A stretch of DNA of 64,000 nt from Spirochaetota bacterium (GTDB taxonomy: Bacteria > Spirochaetota > UBA4802 > JAFGDQ01). Position numbers and translations under genes: made by a program. The notes beneath the pieces were generated by a model. It had not been told where the DNA came from, ran no database searches, and saw only the letters and a list, made by a program, of their open reading frames with translations. Location: NCBI GenBank assembly GCA_043803405.1, contig JAZDKB010000019.1, positions 96,001 to 160,000 of the forward strand. The letters are read 5' to 3'. Every line of letters begins with the position of its first letter. Positions within the stretch are counted from its first letter, which is position 1. Of this stretch, positions 41,245-50,476 are shown in pieces.

Positions 41245-41446
41245 GATACCCCCCTTGAGTATAAATTATATTTACTAAATCATATTGATATATGATTGGC
41301 GATCAACAATAAAAAAAGTCAACGAAATTTTCGTTATTTCATTACAATTTTTATTAAAAATCGGGATTAGCTTAACTTTCCGGCTCCGCTACGCATTAGT
41401 CCGGAAATAAAAATACGTTAATAAAAGGCTATATTTAATTTTTTTG

Positions 41447-41916
41447 TTGACTTTTAAATTTAATGGCATATCGTGTTGCGTATTATTCACGTTAAAAAAG
41501 AAGAAGTTCAGTAACCCTTCGTCCGGATATGCGACTTTGAACTGTGAATACGATGCTCATACAATCATACAGATAATAAATCCGGACGATAAAAATCTGA
41601 AGGAAGATATTTACAAGTAGATTCAGTCAGACACTGCCTAAAATTTAGTGGCTCAATATATAAGCTTACCAAAACAGCCACAGGAAAGATATATAGTTTA
41701 AAGCAAAATTTTTAATAAGGAGGTGAAATTTAAACAGAAGGACACCTGCAAGGCAAATAACCTGTAATAAGGATCAGGGGGGGATTTCCCTGTGTGTACG
41801 GGCAGAATTTTTGCTGCTTTTTTGGCAGGTGAAGAAAGAAAATTTTCCGGGTATTTACACGGAAGAGTATAAATTTAAGACTTAGCTGTAGCTTACATCA
41901 CGAAGGAGGTGACAGT
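41447..41916 (+). promoter_or_regulatory. Putative promoter and long structured 5' leader of the symporter operon
   Basis: TTGACT-16nt-TATCGT, then about 430 nt without a long ORF, containing several clear stems. Confidence 0.45.
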
Positions 41917-42132
41917 ATGAGTAATAGAAAAGGTATAGAAGCTTTTGTTTATGTTGTAGCAGCTATTCTATGCGTTATTCGTATCGATTTTTGGTGGTGG
42001 GGGACAAAGATCTATCCAATCTATGCTGGCTGGATCACTGTACCAATGATTTATCAATTCTTCATCTGGCTCGCAGGTACTGCATTAGTTTATATTATAT
42101 GCTTTACTGTATGGCCGGAAGACGAAGCATAA
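41917..42132 (+). CDS. Small two-TM accessory protein of solute:Na+ symporter (DUF3311-like)
   Basis: AAGGAGGTGA RBS; DFWWW..P...GW..P motif; directly upstream of an SSS gene. Confidence 0.8.
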   Translation: MSNRKGIEAFVYVVAAILCVIRIDFWWWGTKIYPIYAGWITVPMIYQFFIWLAGTALVYIICFTVWPEDEA

Positions 42133-42153
42133 AAAAATAGGGGGTAATAATCT

Positions 42154-43623
42154 ATGTCTGGATCAAATATTCAGATTCTTTTAATCCTTGCCGCATACAC
42201 AGTCGGGGTTATGGTGCTCGGTCTTATGAGCTATAAGAAAGAGGCAAATATATCGGACTATCTAATGGCAAACAGGGAATTCAAATTCTTTGTTTTGTTC
42301 GCCGCGGTATTCGGTGCTAACATTTCTGCTGTAACGCTGGTTGGTCTGCCGGGTACTTCGTACCATGTCGGCTGGATCACATGGCCGTATTTTGCCACTA
42401 CATGGGCATGGCTTTCTCCGCTTCTCTTTTATACAATAGGTCTAAGAACCTATAAACTGGGAAAGAAATACGATGTTGTAACAATATCGGAACTTTTCGC
42501 AAAGAGATGGAGAAACAAGAGTATCCAGTGGGTATCCGCGTTCTTTTTGCTTTTTTATATTGTTCCTTATATGATGGTCGGTATTATAGGCGGCGGCAGA
42601 TCGCTTGCCGGTATTACTGGGGGATTTGTTCCTTACTGGCTTGGATGCTTTCTTGTAACTGCAATAGTTTGCGGTTATGTTCTTGTTGGCGGGATGCGCG
42701 GAGCTGCATGGGTAAATACATTCCAAACAATTATATTCCTTTGTGGCGGTCTTGCTATATTCCTTGTAATAGTTTACTCGCTTGGCGGTTTTGAAACAGC
42801 AACAACCGAAATCGTTGAGAAATATCCGGAACTTTTAAATAGAAGCAAAATGCCGTGGCAGAGGTTCTTCAGTTATGGCATTGTTGTCGCACTGGCTGTG
42901 CCCGTATTCCCGAACGTGTTCTCCAGAATACTTACCGGAAAGAAACCTTCGGAATTAAAGAAAGTTGTTATGATTTATCCTATTGCCGGCGTATTCCTGT
43001 TCATTCTTATGGCATATTCGGGCATGTGGGGAAAGATTCCTTTCCCGGAATTAAAGGGACAGGCTTCGGATGCTATTCTCGCTATGCTTCTTAATAAATA
43101 CGCGCCTGCATGGATGGCGGGTGTTCTGGGCGCAGCGATCTTCTCAGCTCTTATGTCTACAGTAGACAGCCAGCTGATCGCCATAGGCCAGATATTCATG
43201 AAGGACGTTGTTCTTCCTTTAAGAAAAGACGGACAGACCAAAAAAAGCGATACAATGATGACACGTCTGGTGGTTCTTGCACTGGCTATTGTTGCATTCT
43301 TAATATCGCTTACCCAGCCTGCCGGTATTATCAAGATCATTGAGTGGGGCTTCGGGGGATTCGCGTGTATGTTCTTCCCTGTAGCTGCGGCTCTTTACTG
43401 GAAACGCTGCAGCCTTACTGCTGCATTCATCTCAGTAGTAGTTTCTGAAGGCCTTTCAATAATAATACCTTTGACAGTGCCTAAGGAAATGCTTTACGGA
43501 ATGCTGCCTGCATTCTGGTCAATAGTTGCCGGTCTTATAGTGCTTCTTGTTCTTGGGTTAATACTCCCTGCACAGAAGAAAGAAGAAACTGATGATTTCT
43601 TTGCAGCTATGACTGTTAAATAA
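42154..43623 (+). CDS. Sodium:solute symporter family transporter
   Basis: DYLMANR, SAVTLVG.PG, GGMRGAAWVNTFQ, AAIFSALMSTVDSQL; about 13 TM. Confidence 0.95.
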   Translation: MSGSNIQILLILAAYTVGVMVLGLMSYKKEANISDYLMANREFKFFVLFAAVFGANISAVTLVGLPGTSYHVGWITWPYFATTWAWLSPLLFYTIGLRTYKLGKKYDVVTISELFAKRWRNKSIQWVSAFFLLFYIVPYMMVGIIGGGRSLAGITGGFVPYWLGCFLVTAIVCGYVLVGGMRGAAWVNTFQTIIFLCGGLAIFLVIVYSLGGFETATTEIVEKYPELLNRSKMPWQRFFSYGIVVALAVPVFPNVFSRILTGKKPSELKKVVMIYPIAGVFLFILMAYSGMWGKIPFPELKGQASDAILAMLLNKYAPAWMAGVLGAAIFSALMSTVDSQLIAIGQIFMKDVVLPLRKDGQTKKSDTMMTRLVVLALAIVAFLISLTQPAGIIKIIEWGFGGFACMFFPVAAALYWKRCSLTAAFISVVVSEGLSIIIPLTVPKEMLYGMLPAFWSIVAGLIVLLVLGLILPAQKKEETDDFFAAMTVK

Positions 43624-43655
43624 GCTTTAAGCTTAAAAATTACTTTGATAATTTT

Positions 43656-43690
43656 AAAACACCGCTGAGTAAAATCAGCGGTGTTTTTTT
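43656..43690. terminator. Bidirectional rho-independent terminator
   Basis: aaaacaccgctga-gtaaaa-tcagcggtgttttttt. Confidence 0.9.
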
Positions 43691-43755
43691 AGAAAGGTTT
43701 CTTTTAATCATAAGTAACCGCTGCATAAACAACCCAAATGACGAACTAATTATCA

Positions 43756-44577
43756 TTAACTGATTATGCTTTTGTAGGTTTTTTTCTGAAAGCAGATTTT
43801 TAATGTAGAGTCTTCCCAGCGTTTTCCCTGCTCAAGGCGTTTTACAAAATCCGTGCTGTCGCCGACAACTCGGCCGCCTACCACATCAACGCCGCAGGCA
43901 AAGAGCGGATCGGGAAAATATCCGGCAGTAGGGCCAAGAACGGAAACAAAAGCATCCGGTGAACAGTTGGCCAGAACATTATCCAGCGAATTGTTCAACA
44001 CAGTGACGCCTGTGCATAAAATTTTATTGCATGATGCCAGTTGTGTCACGTCAAGTGTGATCGGCAGGTTGCGGTATTTTTCCAGCAAAGATTCTTTTTT
44101 TTCTATTATGATCAACCCGGCTCCGGCCTTTCTAATAGTATCAATTAGCCCGGCAAACAGTCCGACCATGCCGATCCTGTCACCTTTCCCGACCGCAAGC
44201 AGCCCAAGCGAATCTGTGACAGTATCATACGGGAAGTTTGTCTCCTTCATTACGTGCTGGCAGACAGCATTAATCGCTGCCATGCTGATCATCTCTTTCA
44301 GGGGATCTTCATTGCCGAATTCGAGCGCAAATCTTTGCGGGTCCTTTCCCGCAAAATCCTCTGGCTTTAATGCAGCGTATTCCGGCATCTTCTCGTCGGG
44401 AAGAAGAATAAAGCTTATGCCGGTTGCGCCGCCTTCGAGGACAATAGCCATGAACTGGGCATCCTTGGGCTGGCCGCCTTTATGAAAAGGAGGAAGGAAA
44501 ATTTTCGCAATATGCGGGATAGCATACTTCGCACTTAACAAACCAATCATTTTTTTAAATTCATCTTTTAGATTCAT
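43756..44577 (-). CDS. DUF364 / Rossmann-like putative heavy-metal chelation protein
   Basis: AAINAV, IGMVGLF, TGVTVLNNSL, LGPTA, GVDVVGG. ATG at 44577 preferred. Confidence 0.8.
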   Translation of the reverse strand: MNLKDEFKKMIGLLSAKYAIPHIAKIFLPPFHKGGQPKDAQFMAIVLEGGATGISFILLPDEKMPEYAALKPEDFAGKDPQRFALEFGNEDPLKEMISMAAINAVCQHVMKETNFPYDTVTDSLGLLAVGKGDRIGMVGLFAGLIDTIRKAGAGLIIIEKKESLLEKYRNLPITLDVTQLASCNKILCTGVTVLNNSLDNVLANCSPDAFVSVLGPTAGYFPDPLFACGVDVVGGRVVGDSTDFVKRLEQGKRWEDSTLKICFQKKTYKSIIS

Positions 44578-44628
44578 AAAATACCTTGATCCGTCCGTCG
44601 CTGAAATCAATCGTACTTAACAATTTTC

Positions 44629-45582
44629 TTAAAGCTGACTGATTGCCTCACTTAGAATTGCGGCTGAAGAATGAAGCGCTGCAAGCTCATGCTCCGGAAA
44701 ATTGTTCTCGACGATTCTGCTTACTCCTTTGCCGGATACGATGCAGGGCACGCCGAGACATACATTGCGAAGTCCGAATTCTCCGTCGAGCATGGCTGAA
44801 ACTGTAAGAACACTGTTTTGTCCCCGGAGGATTGCGGCACTTATCCGGATAAGTGCAAGGCCCACGGCGAACCATGTAGCGCCCTTGTACCCGATAATGT
44901 GGTAGGCGGATTCGCGTACAGCCTGCTCAATCCTGGCTCGTTCGGCGGGCCAATCGTCGCAACGGCCGCAAACAGAGCAATATGCGTCGATAGGCATGCC
45001 GGCAATATTTGTCATAGACCATGCTGCAAATTCGCTGTCGCCGTGTTCTCCAAGTATATATCCATGAACGTTGTGAACGTCAACATCGCAATGAATGCTA
45101 AGTAAGTGCCTCAGGCGGGCGCTGTCCAGAACAGTGCCTGACCCCATTATCCGCGTACGGTCCCATCCGGTGGACTTGAGTGCAACGTAAGTCATAAGGT
45201 CAACCGGGTTGCTGACCATAAGTATTACTGCAGAAGAATTCTGCTCAATAATATCGGTCATAATACTGCGGATAACAACAGCGTTCTTCTTCAGCAGATC
45301 AAGTCGCGTTCCACCCAAACCATGTGTCGCACCTGCGGTGACTACGATCAGTTGTGCATCTGCGTAATCGGATTTATTGCCTGTGTGGATGGATACTGTC
45401 GGAAAGAACGGCTGACCATGTACCAGGTCGAGCACTTGCCCGCGGGACAGATCTTCGTTCTTATCGATCAGTGCGATATCTTCAGCCAGTCCGCTTTGAG
45501 CAAGTGCGTAGCAGAATGCGGATCCGACCGCCCCTGCACCGACTACCGTGACTTTCCGTCCCTTTGGCGAATAAGATAGCAC
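44629..45582 (-). CDS. ldh: L-lactate dehydrogenase
   Basis: VGAGAVG, TRLDL, SNPVD, SGTVLDSARL, GEHGDS, AYHII..KGAT. Confidence 0.9.
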   Translation of the reverse strand: MLSYSPKGRKVTVVGAGAVGSAFCYALAQSGLAEDIALIDKNEDLSRGQVLDLVHGQPFFPTVSIHTGNKSDYADAQLIVVTAGATHGLGGTRLDLLKKNAVVIRSIMTDIIEQNSSAVILMVSNPVDLMTYVALKSTGWDRTRIMGSGTVLDSARLRHLLSIHCDVDVHNVHGYILGEHGDSEFAAWSMTNIAGMPIDAYCSVCGRCDDWPAERARIEQAVRESAYHIIGYKGATWFAVGLALIRISAAILRGQNSVLTVSAMLDGEFGLRNVCLGVPCIVSGKGVSRIVENNFPEHELAALHSSAAILSEAISQL

Positions 45583-45711
45583 TGTTTCTCCTTGACTGGC
45601 TGGTATTTTAGCTGATGCTCCTGCATTGCAAAAATAGCCGGTATAATTCTGTCAAATCGAACGATTTCAAACACCGGTAATAATTATAAGATAAGTTTCA
45701 CTGATTTTTAA

Positions 45712-45744
45712 ACCGGGGGCTTGCCCCGGAGAATTTTATTTTAG
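45712..45744. repeat. Palindromic repeat copy 3
   Basis: accgggggcttgccccggagaattttattttag, 2 mismatches versus 7564-7596; overlaps the hemerythrin stop. Confidence 0.8.
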
Positions 45745-46272
45745 CTCCAGATCGGCAACTAATGCCTCGTACTTTTCATGTATCATTTTTCTGTCAAATT
45801 CCCGAAACTCTGAAAGCATCTCCCGATCTTCTTCTGCAGTAAAGTAATTCCGGGAAGCCGGAAAGAATATATTGTCTTCCTTCATAATATGTTTCGGATA
45901 AAACTCGGTGATAGTTTTAAGGCGGGCTATTACCCTCGGAAATGATGCCGAATCGCCGTTGTGGTAACGCGCATTGGCATCGGACAGTGATTGTGTGGTT
46001 TTTCTTCCAAGCATATGGTCCTTAATGAGTTCGTCCATCAGCTGATTATCTTTGTCCGACAGCTTTTTTTTCTTAAGCTTACTGAACAGGATGTCTTCTT
46101 CCTTCCCGTGATGTGTACGGTCTGCATATATCCTGATGAAATCAACTGCTGTATCAACAAAATACGGATCAATAAATAGCGTTTGTCCGGCAATTTCCAG
46201 TTTTTTCTGGATCACAGTGATCATCTTTTCGATCAGCCTGTGTTCTATCATAAGAGGTCCCCGCGCTTGCAT
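45736..46272 (-). CDS. Hemerythrin-domain (HHE) protein
   Basis: EHR, HHGKEEDILF, DH, HIMKEDNIFF. Confidence 0.9.
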   Translation of the reverse strand: MQARGPLMIEHRLIEKMITVIQKKLEIAGQTLFIDPYFVDTAVDFIRIYADRTHHGKEEDILFSKLKKKKLSDKDNQLMDELIKDHMLGRKTTQSLSDANARYHNGDSASFPRVIARLKTITEFYPKHIMKEDNIFFPASRNYFTAEEDREMLSEFREFDRKMIHEKYEALVADLELK

Positions 46273-46448
46273 GTTTTATCTCCGTTTTTAATTATAATGA
46301 CACAGTAAATATTCCGCGTAAATTATAATCTGTGATAATATGAAAGTCAAAAGGAATTTATAAAATTGTATTTAACCTGCAATAAAAAAGGTTATTTCGG
46401 AAAGGGCTAAACAATTAACCATCGGGGAAGGTAAGGTATAATGTAGTA

Positions 46449-46979
46449 TTACTTTTCAAATTGTCTATCGACCTGAAAGAAATTAATTTCTGTTTTATTA
46501 TGAAAAAGATCGCGTACTTTCTCTCCGGGTTTATGGTAAGGAGCAGGACCGATTAAAAAATTCGAAAGATACATATTAAGGTGAGACAGATCGCCATCCG
46601 GCTCGGTTAACAGCCACATCCGTGCGCCTTTAATCAAATTATTCATGTTGCCTGACAGGCTTCTGTTTTTTGTGCGTGCGTAATTAATACTGCTCAACTC
46701 TTTTAATTCGATTTCAATTTTTTCTTTATCGAGTCCTATTGACTTTAACAATATTTCCAGTGACTGAATAAATCGCGGTATTATAGAGGATAATTTTTTT
46801 GCAGGTATAATGACGGACAACGTAGTTATTTCATTCGTAAAAATAATAAACTGATTACGGCCGATATTGAAATAATCTGCATACCAGTCACCAAGGATAT
46901 TGGAAGAAATAGTTCCTTCTTTGATCTTGGTAATATGAAGCTTTTCCAGTAATTTCTTAGTGCACCTGAGATTTACCAT
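46449..46979 (-). CDS. DUF6933-like hypothetical protein
   Basis: LRCTKKLL, LGDWYA, NE.T.LSV, T.NRS..G.MN pattern. Confidence 0.65.
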   Translation of the reverse strand: MVNLRCTKKLLEKLHITKIKEGTISSNILGDWYADYFNIGRNQFIIFTNEITTLSVIIPAKKLSSIIPRFIQSLEILLKSIGLDKEKIEIELKELSSINYARTKNRSLSGNMNNLIKGARMWLLTEPDGDLSHLNMYLSNFLIGPAPYHKPGEKVRDLFHNKTEINFFQVDRQFEK

Positions 46980-47004
46980 TAAATAATTTTCCGTAAAATT
47001 TTAA

Positions 47005-48156
47005 TTAAAGCGTGGTCATTTTAATTAAACGATCCTTTAACTCTCCTGGTAAAATATTGTTTGCTTCTACAAAGATCAGCCTTGGCACACCGCCAAAGAT
47101 CTCATAAGCCCGGTTTAGAATCCTGTCGTCCCAGATGTCCCTGATATCGTTCCGAATATATTTTTCAGCACATAAAGCCAGTCTCAAGCCGCCTAAAAGG
47201 TTAACGACCCAGCGGTTGCCTGCTCCTGCGATCAACTGGCTTTTATACGGATCGAACCATAATTTTCCCCCAAGAGGAACATTCGCCCTGATATAAAGCA
47301 GCCATGCAAGCGATACCATATCATGAGCTACTACGGACCCGGATGCGAATATAAGGCCGTACTCGGGTTGAGACACATATCCCTCGTCTGGTCCGCCGGT
47401 TGTAAGCACTTTGTCTGCAGTTGTAACTACAAGCCGCTGCTTTTTCAGAAGTGTACTGACTGTATTGCTTTCGGCAGCTTTCTCCTGAAGAGTGGAAGCA
47501 TCACCATGAAATTCAAGCCGCGTATCTGTCCGCCAGTAACCCACGGCATTTTTAATGCCTAGGGTGCTGCCTGTCAGTATATGACGGCTGCAGCGCGGCA
47601 TAAGTATAATGTGATCTACTTTTTTTAAAATGTCCGGCATCATAAGTCCGCGTTTCCAGTGCGAGCCTGCAACAGGGAAATCCTCATAAAAAGCATTCCA
47701 GCCAGCCTCCTCAAAAAAATGTATTTCACCGCCGCTTGTCAGAACAGGTTTTGCCAGGCCGGAGGTCACCATTAGATGCCGGGTGCTGCCCAGTACTCCT
47801 TTACGCGAAAGTTTTACGTGCTGTATACCTGCCATATCTCCCACGATTACGCGGCTAGCGCCCTTCTCCTTTAATATTTTAATCATCACCTCAACAGCTG
47901 TCGGATTCGTGGTGGCCGGGTAAGCATAACCGGAGTTAAGGGCAGGCTTGATAAACACATTGTCGCCTTTTGACAGCCATGAAAAGTCGGTAATTGTTTC
48001 TATAGTTGACCTGATTGCGGACTTCATGTCCTGTTCAGGCGATCCCTTCCGCACTGCTGCGAGAGCGACTCGGGTTTTGCTCCCGGATCCCGGAATTGCC
48101 GCTGAATTGGTGTTTACGGATGATCCTGAATTTTTATTGCAGTTTAATTTGTCCAT
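47005..48156 (-). CDS. DUF362-domain protein
   Basis: GD.VFIKP, TTNP..V, VGD, H...G.TLGIKNAVG, D.V..D. Confidence 0.8.
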   Translation of the reverse strand: MDKLNCNKNSGSSVNTNSAAIPGSGSKTRVALAAVRKGSPEQDMKSAIRSTIETITDFSWLSKGDNVFIKPALNSGYAYPATTNPTAVEVMIKILKEKGASRVIVGDMAGIQHVKLSRKGVLGSTRHLMVTSGLAKPVLTSGGEIHFFEEAGWNAFYEDFPVAGSHWKRGLMMPDILKKVDHIILMPRCSRHILTGSTLGIKNAVGYWRTDTRLEFHGDASTLQEKAAESNTVSTLLKKQRLVVTTADKVLTTGGPDEGYVSQPEYGLIFASGSVVAHDMVSLAWLLYIRANVPLGGKLWFDPYKSQLIAGAGNRWVVNLLGGLRLALCAEKYIRNDIRDIWDDRILNRAYEIFGGVPRLIFVEANNILPGELKDRLIKMTTL

Positions 48157-48348
48157 TGTAAAAAAACCGCCTTAAAAAACCGAGGGATTATGTGCGTTTC
48201 ATTACTATTATGTTTCCTCCCGGATTTAAATACGAATTAAAACAGGAAGATTAAGGTATTGTTTAGCTGATAGTAAAAATATTTTTTACACTTAATAAAT
48301 GCAATATATTTTTAAGTATTAAAGCGGTTTATTCTGGAGGCAGTAAAC

Positions 48349-49221
48349 TCAGAATTTTTGCAGAAACTTTTCTTTGAACTTGCATTTTCTGCATAAAAGC
48401 TCTACTGCCTTATTGGATAAAAATCCGTCAGATATATTTTTTGCTTTTTTTGCGATGATTATTTCGCTGAATTTTTGATTAAAAATATTGCCAAGATTTA
48501 TGACTCCTTCTCCATCAAGGCAGCAGGGTACAACCGTGCCGTCCGAAAGTATAGCTGCGTGGTCTTTTAACCCAAGACAAAATCCTGCAGGATTGTCATT
48601 CTCATCATTAATATCCGGCCAAATAAATTTATAATCGGAGTTTAAATATAACCTTTCGGCAATTTTAAAACCTTTGCCTGGAATTACTTTTTCTTCTAAT
48701 TTATATGGAAGCTGAAATTCTTTTTCCAGGAGTTCAAACTTTTTCCTGTTCTCTGCGGGCTGATTGTTGCAGGGGTCAAGGTTCCAGAAACGTAATGATA
48801 TAATAATTTTTGTTTTATTAAGAGCTTCTTTTGTAAATAAAATTACATTCTTAATGTATTCATCATTTATTCCGGATGATCCACTCTCATAACTGTGAAG
48901 CGAAAAATTTATTTGCCTCAGGGCCGGTTTTGTGATTAGCATTTCATGAACCTTGTGTATCAGGCTACTGTTTGTAGTGATATTAACTATAAATCCCTTT
49001 TCATGGCTAATGTCCAGTATTTCGCCGATTTGTCCATGAAGAAAGGGTTCGCCCTTTACATGCAAATAGATATAATCAGTAAATGGTTTTATTTCATCCA
49101 GAATTTTTATGAATGATTCAAGTGTTATAAATTCGGTTTTTCTTTTACTCCGAGGACAAAAGCTGCAATTCATATTACATGCGTTTGTGATCTCAATGTA
49201 TATTTTCTTAAAATGTTTCAT
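48349..49221 (-). CDS. Radical SAM protein with SPASM/twitch domain
   Basis: CNMNCSFC, GEPFLH, C-terminal FC..DGTVVPCC..LGNI..CRKC. Confidence 0.92.
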   Translation of the reverse strand: MKHFKKIYIEITNACNMNCSFCPRSKRKTEFITLESFIKILDEIKPFTDYIYLHVKGEPFLHGQIGEILDISHEKGFIVNITTNSSLIHKVHEMLITKPALRQINFSLHSYESGSSGINDEYIKNVILFTKEALNKTKIIISLRFWNLDPCNNQPAENRKKFELLEKEFQLPYKLEEKVIPGKGFKIAERLYLNSDYKFIWPDINDENDNPAGFCLGLKDHAAILSDGTVVPCCLDGEGVINLGNIFNQKFSEIIIAKKAKNISDGFLSNKAVELLCRKCKFKEKFLQKF

Positions 49222-49251
49222 TTATTAAACTTATGCATAATTTACTTTATA

Positions 49252-49365
49252 TTTTGCCACGGAGTCACAGATACACTGAGTTTTTTCAGGGGGTTTGCCC
49301 CGGGGAATTTTATTATAAAAATAATTAATTTGTCTTCTCTGTAACTCTGTGCCTCTGTGGCAAAA
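49252..49365. repeat. REP/REPIN-like inverted repeat enclosing palindromic repeat copy 4 (49287-49314)
   Basis: ttttgccacggagtcacaga.. pairs with ..tctgtgcctctgtggcaaaa; inside lies cagggggtttgccccggggaattttatt. Confidence 0.75.
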
Positions 49366-49509
49366 TCAATTTGAATTTATCCGGCCTAAGCGTATAGTTA
49401 TGATACGCACACTTAGTAAAATTCAATTGACTTATTAAAATTTTCCTGTCAATATTTCTATATCTTCAATCTGAACGCAATAAAAAAACTTGTATTTATA
49501 GGTGCCTTT

Positions 49510-50382
49510 GTGATCGAACGCGTTAATATTTTTCTCGAAAGACTTGTCGACAGGCTGGCAGTACAACTCGATCTGATTGAATACTGCATTGTTTCAGGAA
49601 GCTGGATAAGATACAGGAACGGACTTGAGACATTAAAACCGAATGATGTGGATGTTTTACTTATAGGCAAGGATGCCGCTAATCTGGTTACTCCTAAGCT
49701 GGAGATTGCAGATATATGCAAAGAAACCGGCGGCATATATATCTTTTCCGATTTTGTTTCGCAACCGCCGGTAGAGACGCTTTCTAAACGCATATACGAT
49801 GACCCGACAGGGATTCATCTTTATTACTATGCAGACTTTAAACAGGCGATTGGCGCCATTTCCCCGTCCCTTTTTATTTCACTTATGCGCGACTCGGATG
49901 TGCTTTACGGGAACAGGGAAAAGCTGGAACAACTTGTGCCCCGGATTGAAAAACAGGCTTCCCTGCTTGCATTCGGCAAAAGGTTAAGGCTGCCTGCCCT
50001 GATTGAACAGTGGTATTCGCTTATGCTTCTCGGTAATGAGCATCTTGAGGCGGACGCGTTCGGCAGAGAGATGCTGTTTGAGTATTACAGAAAATTCGCC
50101 CGGTACATGACGAAGTATGTTCTCATTGAAGTTCTTAGAGAGCATGGCGTTGAGGCGGCGTCGGGCAACTGGAATGATATAAGTGCTGCTGTCATGAAAT
50201 CAAAACAACAAATAAGAATACTTAATATTGAGCAATATCTGAAAGTTTTATGCGAACTCTTTGATTCTGCTTCTAAGCTTGGCCCCAAAGACATTTCGCT
50301 GGTTAAGGAAATGTTTATTAAAAGTTTAAGATTATATGAATCGGCGCTCAAATGCTACGGGACGAATTCTCCCGTCTCTTAA
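49510..50382 (+). CDS. Putative Pol-beta-superfamily nucleotidyltransferase
   Basis: hhSGS..(x14)..DVDhhh motif near the N-terminus, followed by a helical C-terminal domain. Confidence 0.6.
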   Translation: MIERVNIFLERLVDRLAVQLDLIEYCIVSGSWIRYRNGLETLKPNDVDVLLIGKDAANLVTPKLEIADICKETGGIYIFSDFVSQPPVETLSKRIYDDPTGIHLYYYADFKQAIGAISPSLFISLMRDSDVLYGNREKLEQLVPRIEKQASLLAFGKRLRLPALIEQWYSLMLLGNEHLEADAFGREMLFEYYRKFARYMTKYVLIEVLREHGVEAASGNWNDISAAVMKSKQQIRILNIEQYLKVLCELFDSASKLGPKDISLVKEMFIKSLRLYESALKCYGTNSPVS

Positions 50383-50443
50383 TGCTTTTGAATCCACCAA
50401 GCATATATGAAAACACTAACATAATTCCTTTGTTTCCGACTCG

Positions 50444-50476
50444 GCTGATGCCGGTGCGATTGCCCCTGGGAATTTT
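50444..50476. repeat. Palindromic repeat copy 5 (internally deleted version of copy 2)
   Basis: gctgatgccggtgcgattgcccctgggaatttt is made of three collinear pieces of 7531-7589. Confidence 0.7.

Noticed and set aside
41464..41479. Sigma54 promoter TGGCAT..TTGC
   Set aside because: GG-to-GC spacing is one base too long for the strict -24/-12 geometry.
45712..50476. Integron cassette array (repeats as attC sites)
   Set aside because: Hairpins are too short, lack RYYYAAC/GTTRRRY ends, genes lie in mixed orientation, and there is no integrase.
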